Shown here piece by piece: positions 19,339-26,578 of a DNA stretch of 64,000 nucleotides; the first letter of the stretch is position 1; each line of letters opens with the position of its first letter. The notes under the pieces are model-generated. The model made no database searches. It had not been told where the DNA came from and saw only the letters and a list, made by a program, of their open reading frames with translations. The translations under genes were made by a program, and so were the position numbers. Source of the DNA: Myxococcota bacterium (GTDB lineage: Bacteria > Myxococcota_A > SURF-8); NCBI GenBank assembly GCA_963674735.2, contig CAXXQS010000001.1, forward strand, positions 2,080,001 to 2,144,000. The letters run 5' to 3'.

Positions 19339-20038
19339 CATCCATGCGCCCGATGCGGCGGTCCTGCTGCCGGGCTTCTTCAGGCGGCTCGATCGAATGG
19401 ACGCCATCTTGCGCGTCATCGTTTCCGAGGCGCGTTTCTCCCTGTCGATGGATTTTCGCGGCGACCCCGGCACGCAACTCTTTTTCGATTTCGCCAAACG
19501 GCCGACCCTCATCAGCGAAGACGTCAAGCGCGAGGGCGCAATCCACGCGGCGGTCCCCGCGACGGTCATGCACGACATTCTGCTAGGCCGCATCGAACCG
19601 GGTGTGGCGCTCGGTCGTCGTGAACTGTTGCTGCGCGGCAGTCCGAGCCATCTTGCCAAGGTGATTCCCCTGTTCGATTTCGGACCGCTGCTTTACCGCG
19701 AGCACCTGGCCGATATCGCGTATCCGGGCTTCGCCCGCACCATCCAACCGCCCTCCGCCAAGGAGACGACCATGAGCCAGCAAAACTATGACGGCACCCC
19801 CGTGGTGATCGACGAACGCAGCCCCTTTGAGAAAGCCCTTTCCAGCCTCTTTCGCACCCTCGCCTTCGGGTTGGGCTTCGTGATCGGCTGGCTGCGCTAC
19901 CGCGTGTTCAAACGCCTCAGCCTGTTCGATCTGCTTGGAGCCCTGTCGCGCGGACTCGAACGCGCCACCCCGGCCGCCCTGCTTGATGCGAATGCACCGG
20001 AAAGCCGCCCACCTGTTTCGCGAAAGGACGCCGCATGA
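19331..20038 (+). CDS. SCP2 sterol-carrier-like domain protein with C-terminal hydrophobic extension
   Basis: MHDILLGRIEPGVALGRRELLLRGS is SCP2-like; AAGGAG RBS before ATG 19331. Confidence 0.55.
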   Translation: MPDIHAPDAAVLLPGFFRRLDRMDAILRVIVSEARFSLSMDFRGDPGTQLFFDFAKRPTLISEDVKREGAIHAAVPATVMHDILLGRIEPGVALGRRELLLRGSPSHLAKVIPLFDFGPLLYREHLADIAYPGFARTIQPPSAKETTMSQQNYDGTPVVIDERSPFEKALSSLFRTLAFGLGFVIGWLRYRVFKRLSLFDLLGALSRGLERATPAALLDANAPESRPPVSRKDAA

Positions 20039-20808
20039 CCCCGCCCGTCCTGGCCGTTTGCGGAAAAGGGGGCGTGGGGAAAACGGCGCTGTCCGCTCTC
20101 TTGGCCCGTGCACTCATCGAACAGGGCCGCAACCCCTTGCTGCTGATCGACGCCGATCCGGCCGGGGGGCTCGTCTCCGCCGTCGGGGAGCGCGTCGTCG
20201 GCACCTTGTCGAGCGCACGACGCGAACTGGTCACGCAGGCGCGTCAAGCCGCCGCCGAATCCGACCGCGAGCAGCTGGCCGCCCGCATCGACTACCTCGT
20301 CATGCAAACCCTCGCGGAACGATCCGAGTATGCGCTTTTGGCCATGGGTCGCGATATCGAGAAGGGTTGCTTTTGTCCGGCCAACACGCTGTTGCGCTCG
20401 GCCATCGACGTTTTGGCCTCCGCCTACGCCGCCGTTTTGATCGACGCCGAAGCGGGTCTGGAACAGATCAACCGGCAGGTCACGCGGCGCGTGGAAACCT
20501 ACCTCGTGATCTGCGACGGCTCGAAGCGCAGTTTCGATACGCTGGCTACGATCGCGCAGATGATCGAAACGGGCACGCTGGCGGTCATCGCGAACCGCAG
20601 TCCGGCCGACACGCCGCCCCCGAACCTCGCCGACATGCAATGGCTGGGGACCGTCCCCGAAGACGCAGAACTGCGCCACTTCGACACCGAGGGACGCTCG
20701 CTGTGGGAACTGCCGCCCGCCAATCCGGCCTTTGCGGCCATGCGCGGGATCGCAAAGAAGCTTTCGCAAATCTGGACGAACGAAAGCGCCGGGGCCATCC
20801 GCGCTTGA
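20035..20808 (+). CDS. cooC: CooC/AcsF-like nickel-insertion ATPase (MinD/ParA family)
   Basis: GKGGVGKT, IDADP, GCFCPAN (metal-binding CxC) and DAEAGLEQ motifs. Confidence 0.78.
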   Translation: MTPPVLAVCGKGGVGKTALSALLARALIEQGRNPLLLIDADPAGGLVSAVGERVVGTLSSARRELVTQARQAAAESDREQLAARIDYLVMQTLAERSEYALLAMGRDIEKGCFCPANTLLRSAIDVLASAYAAVLIDAEAGLEQINRQVTRRVETYLVICDGSKRSFDTLATIAQMIETGTLAVIANRSPADTPPPNLADMQWLGTVPEDAELRHFDTEGRSLWELPPANPAFAAMRGIAKKLSQIWTNESAGAIRA

Positions 20809-20823
20809 CGGAAAGGGAGACCG

Positions 20824-22149
20824 ATGAAAACGATCCGAACGCAAACCGATGTGGTGGTGGCCGGCTCCGGTCCCGGCGGGGCCACGGTCGCGCGTCAACT
20901 CGCCCGAGCCGGAAAGAAAGTGGTGCTGCTCGAAAAGGGACGCGAACAGCGCATGATCGGCAATCACTTCGCCGCGCTGCTTTTCGCCGACCGCCTCGGA
21001 TTGTCGTTCAGCGAAGAAGGCATGAACATCGTGCGCGCCTTCATCTCCGGCGGCTCGACCATCATGTATTGCGGCGCGGCTTCCGAACCGCCCGAGTGGT
21101 TCAACAGCCGCTACGGGATCGACCTCGCCCCCTATTGCCGCGAGACCATCGAAGAACTCAAGCTCGAACCCTTGCCCGATGAAATCGTGGGCAGCGCCGG
21201 GTTGCGCATTCTGGAAGCGGGCAACGAGCTGGGCCACGGATTTCAAAAGCTGCCCAAGTTCATTTCGCCCGAACGTTGCCGCATGCGCTGCGGCGGCACC
21301 TGCATGCTGGGCTGCCCGCACAAAGCCAAGTGGACCGCCCGCGAATACATCCAGGACATGCGCGAGGCCGGAGGCGAGTTGATTGCTCGCGCCGACGTGC
21401 AGGAGGTCATCATCGAAGACGGCGTGGCGCGAGGACTTCGCGCACTCACCCCGCACGGCCTGCTGGAAGTCGCGGCCGAGACCGTCGTCATTGCGGCGGG
21501 CGGCATCGGAACGCCGTCGATTCTGCAACGCTCGGGATTGCATGAAGCAGGACAACGCATGTTCGTCGACCCGCTACTGTTCGTCACCGGCGTCTCGCGC
21601 TTTGCGGGCACCTGCCAAGGACCGCCCATGACCGTGGGCACCTACGACTACATCGAGGAAGGCATCCTGCTATCCGATCTGATCGACCCCTGGGGGATGT
21701 GGCTGATCATGACCTTGCTGCGCAACCCCTCCAAGCTTTTGAACTTTCTGTCCTACCGCCGTCAATTGAGCCTGATGGTGAAGATCGGCGACGAACACGA
21801 GGGCTTCATCACGATGGACGGCCGCATCTCCAAGCCGCTCAGCCTACGCGATCGGCAACGCCTCAACCGCGGGGCCTCCATGGCACGTCAGATTCTCATC
21901 AAGGCGGGCTGCCGTCCCGATTCCATCATGGTCGGCCCGGTGCGCGGCGCGCATCCCGGAGCCACAGCGCGTATCGGCGATGTGGTGGACCGCAACCTGC
22001 AAACGCGCATCCCCGGCCTCTACGTGTCCGACGCCTCGGTCATCCCCGAAGCACTCGACCGCCCGGTGGTTCTCACGCTCATCAGTCTGGCCAAACGCCT
22101 TTCAGAACATCTGCTGGCAGGCGGGAAAGAAAAGATGGGGCAGACGTGA
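20824..22149 (+). CDS. GMC family FAD-dependent oxidoreductase
   Basis: GSGPGG, LEKG, GGST, CRMRCGGTCMLGCP, AAGGIGTP, HPGATA and YVSDASVIP motifs. Confidence 0.85.
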   Translation: MKTIRTQTDVVVAGSGPGGATVARQLARAGKKVVLLEKGREQRMIGNHFAALLFADRLGLSFSEEGMNIVRAFISGGSTIMYCGAASEPPEWFNSRYGIDLAPYCRETIEELKLEPLPDEIVGSAGLRILEAGNELGHGFQKLPKFISPERCRMRCGGTCMLGCPHKAKWTAREYIQDMREAGGELIARADVQEVIIEDGVARGLRALTPHGLLEVAAETVVIAAGGIGTPSILQRSGLHEAGQRMFVDPLLFVTGVSRFAGTCQGPPMTVGTYDYIEEGILLSDLIDPWGMWLIMTLLRNPSKLLNFLSYRRQLSLMVKIGDEHEGFITMDGRISKPLSLRDRQRLNRGASMARQILIKAGCRPDSIMVGPVRGAHPGATARIGDVVDRNLQTRIPGLYVSDASVIPEALDRPVVLTLISLAKRLSEHLLAGGKEKMGQT

Positions 22150-22232
22150 GAGAGAGTGCCTGTTTAAGGAATGCCCCCTCACCATCTTTCAATTTGCATA
22201 TCTTGGGCATGAATGTTGTCCATTCCGCTCAT

Positions 22233-22283
22233 CCGTGTTGGAACGCGTCTCCGACGGGCTCCGGATGTTGCGTCATTCATCTT
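22233..22283 (+). repeat. REP-like repeat A, copy 1
   Basis: CCGTGTTGGAACGCGTCTCCGACGGGCTCCGGATGTTGCGTCATTCATCTT; 49/51 identical to 26483-26533; internal imperfect hairpin. Confidence 0.8.
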
Positions 22284-22425
22284 ATTCTTTGGCAGGAACA
22301 GGGCTCTGTCCTGTGCCGCAGGTTTGTCCAACCGAGTAGGACGGGAGCCCTTCGAACGGAAGGGGTCGACAAAGTAGGGAACGGCCAACCTGAAAACGAG
22401 GCGTTCTGGTGTGTGCATACACGAA

Positions 22426-22449
22426 GATGGGCAACAAGTTGCCCATCCT
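22426..22449 (-). repeat. GTAG-type REP (repeat B) interrupted by IS110
   Basis: Perfect hairpin GATGGGCAAC-AA-GTTGCCCATC. Removing the IS rebuilds GTAG-GATGGGCAAC-TT-GTTGCCCATC on the minus strand. Confidence 0.75.
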
Positions 22450-22463
22450 TGTATTATCCCTTT

Positions 22464-22665
22464 CAAGCGACTGTCATCGTTTGTGATGATAAGATGAAAC
22501 GACCTCCCGTAGCAAGCGGGAGGCCGTGGTGGGCGGCGAGATCGTCCCATCCTGGGGCCTGATGAGCCCGTTTTGTAGCCGGATCCGCCGTCCGTTTCGT
22601 CCGGGAAAACCCGAACAGTCGCAGGGGCCATTGTAATCGAAATGAGCCCGTATTGGCAAGGAAGG
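22464..22665 (+). ncRNA. IS110 bridge RNA (predicted; ends approximate)
   Basis: Target loop TCCCATCCT (22545-53) / GTAG (22575-78) matches the flanks GCCCATC-CT-AC. Donor loop ACAGTCGC (22615-22) / CAAG (22657-60) matches the junction ACAGTCG-CT-TG. Each guide pair flanks a GGGC...GCCC stem. Confidence 0.8.
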
Positions 22666-22672
22666 GTGCGCC

Positions 22673-23608
22673 ATGAAGAAATGGATCGGGATCGACGTCA
22701 GCAAAGCCGTTTTCGATGTCGCCGTCGACGGCGAAAGCACGTGCGTCCGCTACGCTTACACCAAAGCCGGCATGACACGCTTCGTCCGTTCGTTGAAGCG
22801 GATCGAGGTGGAGGGCGTCGTGATGGAAGCCACCGGCGGCTACGAACGGGAGCTGTGCAAACGTCTTCAGAAAGCGGGTTGGCCGGTGGCGGTGGTCAAT
22901 CCCCGGCGCATCCGGGATTATGCCCGCGCCGTCGGCGTGATGGCGAAAACGGATCGACTCGATGCGGGCATCATCGCACGCTACGCAGCCGCCATGCGTC
23001 CCGCACCGAACGAAACGCTCGGCGAAACCGCCCTCCTGTTAAAAGCCCTGTCTTCACGGAGGCGGCAGCTGGTCGCCATGCGCACGATGGAGAAAAACCG
23101 CACCGAACACGTGGGCGATCGGACGATCGGACAAAGCCTGCACCGCATTCTGGAGGTGATCGAACGGGAAATCGAGCGGCTGGATCGGGCCATCGCGGCG
23201 GCCATTGCATCGGATCGGGAGCGCAGCGACCGGGCCGCGCGGCTCCAAACGATGCCGGGCGTCGGCGCGTGCACGGCGAATCTTCTGGTGACGGATCTGC
23301 CGGAGCTGGGGATCTACAACCGGCGGCAGATCGCGGCGTTGATCGGCGTGGCGCCCATGAATCGGGACAGCGGAACGTTTCGGGGTAAACGCATGACCGG
23401 CGGCGGTCGTCATCGCCTGCGCACGGCGCTCTACATGCCGACGCTGGTGGCGATTCAACACAACCCGGTGATTCGCGGACACTACCAGCGGCTGGTCGGA
23501 CGCGGCAAACCGAAGATGACGGCGGTGGTGGCCTGCATGCGAAAATTGGTCCTCATTCTCAACACGATGATGCGGAAAAACGAAGCCTGGAACCCGAATT
23601 TCGCTTGA
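22673..23608 (+). CDS. IS110 family recombinase/transposase (DEDD RuvC + Transposase_20)
   Basis: GIDVSK, VMEATG, KTDRLDA (DEDD), MPGVG, GVAPMNRDSG (catalytic Ser) and ACMRKL motifs; intact 311 aa. Confidence 0.95.
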   Translation: MKKWIGIDVSKAVFDVAVDGESTCVRYAYTKAGMTRFVRSLKRIEVEGVVMEATGGYERELCKRLQKAGWPVAVVNPRRIRDYARAVGVMAKTDRLDAGIIARYAAAMRPAPNETLGETALLLKALSSRRRQLVAMRTMEKNRTEHVGDRTIGQSLHRILEVIEREIERLDRAIAAAIASDRERSDRAARLQTMPGVGACTANLLVTDLPELGIYNRRQIAALIGVAPMNRDSGTFRGKRMTGGGRHRLRTALYMPTLVAIQHNPVIRGHYQRLVGRGKPKMTAVVACMRKLVLILNTMMRKNEAWNPNFA

Positions 23609-23610
23609 CA
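23605..23610 (+). promoter_or_regulatory. -35 box of the IS110 circle-junction promoter
   Basis: TTGACA at the right end. On circularisation it lies exactly 17 bp from TATTAT (22452-22457). Confidence 0.8.
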
Positions 23611-23650
23611 CCGATAACAGTCGCTACTCACTACTCACTAATCATCATTC

Positions 23651-23679
23651 CCGTGTTGGAGCGTGTCTCCGACGGGCTC
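23651..23679 (+). repeat. REP-like repeat A, copy 2 (short)
   Basis: CCGTGTTGGAGCGTGTCTCCGACGGGCTC. Confidence 0.78.
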
Positions 23680-23695
23680 TCGCTATGCCCCGTTT

Positions 23696-24622
23696 TTAAT
23701 ATGCTTGATGAGGTTGCCTGGACATGTAAAGGATCACAAAGGACTCCATGGGTAGTTTACCGATATTCACGGCTTTTCCCCCCTTATTGCAGTTCGAATC
23801 AACGCAAAGCGATTTAGGCTCTATTGCACATCCTTCATTTCTTAGGAGAATCTGGAATTTGCAAATTAGAGGTTCGTACCCAAACGTAGAGAAAAAGAAT
23901 TCCGAGGTGTCTTCAGGAAACGCATTATATTTCCAGTAGGCTTTTTCCGAGGTAAAGCCTTCAACAGAGACATTGATCTCGGTGAATCCCATTTCCGTAC
24001 CTCTTACATGCTGAAGGCCGACTCCTTTAGGAATTCTCCAGCAATTGGTATTGTCATCCTGCACGGCAAATGAAAAAAAGACGTGTGGCTCAACATCGAA
24101 GGTGATTTCTGAAAGGTCCTGATTCAAAGGAGTTGCAAAAGGGTTCTGCGTAAAGTGGAGGGAGTTTTCCTTCAATTTATATTCCGCAGGAAAGGGAATT
24201 TTGTAACTCTGACATGTTTCCATCTCATTATTGAGATTATAGCTTGAAGGCAATTCATCCTCATCAATAACCCGAATCAACACTGCACTTTTTTCCGCAA
24301 TCCATACCCCATTTGAGGAGGTGAAATCGACTTTCGGCAATACCCCTTCAAACTTTACTCGTTTGCATCTATGTTGCTGTCCGTTCGAGATCCGAAAGGT
24401 TGCTATATCCGAATAATATGATTGGATATTCACTTTAATCGATACATATGCGCCCTCTGTTAATTCCGAGCTGAACTTCGGACACAGGTCTATCCTTCCT
24501 ACATTAACGGATTTGTTTTGGACTTCGCCCGGTCGTGGATGCCTTCCCCCACACACGATCAACAGAACGACAATCGTAGCCAGAGCGGTAACAATCAACA
24601 ACGTTCGCATAACCAATCTCAT
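23696..24622 (-). CDS. Hypothetical membrane-anchored or secreted Cys-containing protein (AT-rich)
   Basis: N-terminal hydrophobic helix MRLVMRTLLIVTALATIVVLLIVC; starts 5 bp after the stop of the SIR2-like gene. Confidence 0.65.
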   Translation of the reverse strand: MRLVMRTLLIVTALATIVVLLIVCGGRHPRPGEVQNKSVNVGRIDLCPKFSSELTEGAYVSIKVNIQSYYSDIATFRISNGQQHRCKRVKFEGVLPKVDFTSSNGVWIAEKSAVLIRVIDEDELPSSYNLNNEMETCQSYKIPFPAEYKLKENSLHFTQNPFATPLNQDLSEITFDVEPHVFFSFAVQDDNTNCWRIPKGVGLQHVRGTEMGFTEINVSVEGFTSEKAYWKYNAFPEDTSEFFFSTFGYEPLICKFQILLRNEGCAIEPKSLCVDSNCNKGGKAVNIGKLPMESFVILYMSRQPHQAY

Positions 24623-24627
24623 TTCGT

Positions 24628-26271
24628 CTACTTGCAGCTCTTTTCCCAATTGTCGATCTCTGATTGGGGAATGGGTGCGGTTTGATATATCCAGCAAATG
24701 ATCAGCTTCTCTTGCACGTCGTTCTGCAACAGGACGCTATCGATCTCCCGGGCATAGTCGTCATATATTTCGTCCTGTATCAATTGCAGGTTAGCCGTTT
24801 CTCGTTCTTCATCCGCCAACAACACCTGAATCAATCTTCGCAGCTGAACAGCAGCGTCTGTTGCATTCTTGACATTGAGCCGATTGAGGGAGAATCGTCT
24901 TTGAATAAGCTTGCGTATTCCCAACGCCTGCGCTCTATCGATTTCCTTGCAAAACTCTTTCAGCGCCTTACGGCTCTCACCGGTTGTCCCATCCTTGATG
25001 ATACGGTCGTATCGATCATTGAACTGTTTCAAATCTTTATACCCCAATTGCGGAGGATCAGGTTTCCCGGGTTTACTAGGTTCCTCAGGTTCGTCACCAT
25101 CAAGCGGTTCAAAATAGGGATCAGGTTCAGGCTTCGGGTACCTCTTTGGCTTCTCCTTGATTTCTTTGTCTTTTTCAGGATTCGGTAGATCCACGGGCGG
25201 CTCTTCATCCAGATCTAATTCATTTTCAATTCCAAAATCAATATCGCCATCTACAATTTTCTGTGGAGTATAATTTTTCGTTTCACTTTGTAGCAGCCAA
25301 ACAATGAATGGAACCAGTAAACCTATCAACATTATTGCGACTACTACTCTTTTATGCCTATCTTGGCTTTTTATAAATTTTTCAATGCTTGGATCTTCTT
25401 CTTTTTCTTCAACAACCAACAGCTGCAAAAAATAGTTGATATATTTCTGCCATGTCGGAAAATCAGACGGTTCTTCCCTGAAAGGAACGATCTTGACGCC
25501 AACATTTTTCCACCTATTGGTAATTTCTGAACTTAGATCGTTTTGATCGACAAACATAACGGCATTCAACACACCTTTGCCGCTATTTTGCGCATTTACA
25601 AAAAGCCGAAGTATTTGTTCCAGGTCGGGATCATCGATCTCGTACCCCATTATCAAACAAGGGTTATCTTGAATTAGTTTGACGGCATGCTTAAATAGTT
25701 CGGATTTTCGAACTCGATCGAACTCAGTGTTTGAAAACACGCCCTGTTTTTCATCTATTGGATGTCCATGTAAGTACAATAAGTCGACAGAGCCTTCTTT
25801 CTTTTTTGCAACCGTCGCACGTGCAGGCTCCATGACTCTCGTGCGTTTGTCATCTTCCAGAAGCGTATCGAACTGACTCGTGGTTATATACGCATCAATG
25901 GGGATTTTCTGTAACAGCTGATGACTATTTCCCGGGGAAAGATCGCTGGCGTTCGCCTTATCCCTGATTGCTTCTTTCAGACCTGTTGAGCCAATGCGCT
26001 GTTCAATCTCCTGAGCGACCGCTCTAATGTCCGTTTGTTCGAATTCATTCTTGTTTTCAACCCCGTAATCTCCAGCTCCTGAATATAATACATAATCCCA
26101 TCTGCGGTAATCTTTGGCCAACTGACCACTTACCCGGTGCGCCGCCATTGAAACTTGATGGCCAACAATAACCACAGGTTTATTGATTTTGGCACTTTGC
26201 ACCCAATTTTGCAGATCTTCTACGTAACTCGCTTCGAATGCCTTTTCCAACTTTTCGAAAGTTGCATCCAT
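24628..26271 (-). CDS. SIR2_2-like domain + TM helix + Pro/acidic linker + helical C-terminal domain
   Basis: VVIVGHQVS, YITTSQFDTLLE, LYLHGHP and LIMGYEIDDPDL echo the SIR2_2 motifs GAGxS, TTNYD, HG and GYSxxD; TM segment VVVAIMLIGLLVPFIVWLL. Confidence 0.7.
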   Translation of the reverse strand: MDATFEKLEKAFEASYVEDLQNWVQSAKINKPVVIVGHQVSMAAHRVSGQLAKDYRRWDYVLYSGAGDYGVENKNEFEQTDIRAVAQEIEQRIGSTGLKEAIRDKANASDLSPGNSHQLLQKIPIDAYITTSQFDTLLEDDKRTRVMEPARATVAKKKEGSVDLLYLHGHPIDEKQGVFSNTEFDRVRKSELFKHAVKLIQDNPCLIMGYEIDDPDLEQILRLFVNAQNSGKGVLNAVMFVDQNDLSSEITNRWKNVGVKIVPFREEPSDFPTWQKYINYFLQLLVVEEKEEDPSIEKFIKSQDRHKRVVVAIMLIGLLVPFIVWLLQSETKNYTPQKIVDGDIDFGIENELDLDEEPPVDLPNPEKDKEIKEKPKRYPKPEPDPYFEPLDGDEPEEPSKPGKPDPPQLGYKDLKQFNDRYDRIIKDGTTGESRKALKEFCKEIDRAQALGIRKLIQRRFSLNRLNVKNATDAAVQLRRLIQVLLADEERETANLQLIQDEIYDDYAREIDSVLLQNDVQEKLIICWIYQTAPIPQSEIDNWEKSCK

Positions 26272-26482
26272 GATACGGCCCCGCACCTATATTTAATACA
26301 ATTTGTCTGGTGATTCTGTTTGCTTGAACTGCATAGCACGTCATAATAGGTATAATCAAGTATTTTGGTGATTTTCTTGATACGATTGATATCTTGGATT
26401 TGGGTGAGATTTTTCTACTTTTTGGGGATGGCTTTGCGCAACATATTGAGCTTTTTTCTGCTAGTCAAATGGTTCCGATCCC

Positions 26483-26533
26483 CCGTGTTGGAGCGCGTCT
26501 CCGACGGGCTCCGGATGTTGCGTCGTTCATCTT
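26483..26533 (+). repeat. REP-like repeat A, copy 3
   Basis: CCGTGTTGGAGCGCGTCTCCGACGGGCTCCGGATGTTGCGTCGTTCATCTT; hairpin GGAGC-G-CGTC-TCC-GACG-G-GCTCC. Confidence 0.8.
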
Positions 26534-26578
26534 TCAGGGCAGATCTCTACCCCGAAAATCGGTACCATTCGCGCCCCT

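Larger units (their letters stand above)
22448..23625 (+). mobile_element. IS110 family (IS621-like) insertion sequence, about 1.18 kb
   Basis: CT core at both ends (22448-9, 23624-5). Left end CTTGTATTATCCCT matches the IS621 left end as I recall it. Right end is TTGACA...ACAGTCGCT. About 225 bp non-coding left end, then the transposase. Confidence 0.9.

Noticed and set aside
18532-20808. A functional CODH/ACS (Wood-Ljungdahl) locus
   Set aside because: The ACS-like protein is only about 270 aa and lacks the A-cluster domain; no cooS, corrinoid protein or AcsE-type methyltransferase genes are adjacent.
19897-21555. 552-aa minus-strand ORF and similar long antisense ORFs (e.g. 46698-48296, 15396-16493, 2417-3475)
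   Set aside because: Shadow ORFs opposite well-supported genes in GC-rich DNA, with no recognisable motifs.
22559-22645. CTGATGA...GAAA resembling a hammerhead ribozyme core
   Set aside because: No stem II closes directly onto a GAAA. CTGATGA is better explained as the loop of the GGGC/GCCC stem between the two target guides.
22448-23625. Assignment to the IS1111 subgroup because of an inverted repeat
   Set aside because: The long non-coding region is upstream of the transposase and the ends are IS621-like; the inverted repeat is asymmetric and overlaps the core.
22233-26533. Repeat A as integron attC sites or a CRISPR array
   Set aside because: No RYYYAAC...GTTRRRY pairing, no integrase or cas genes, and spacing is in kilobases.
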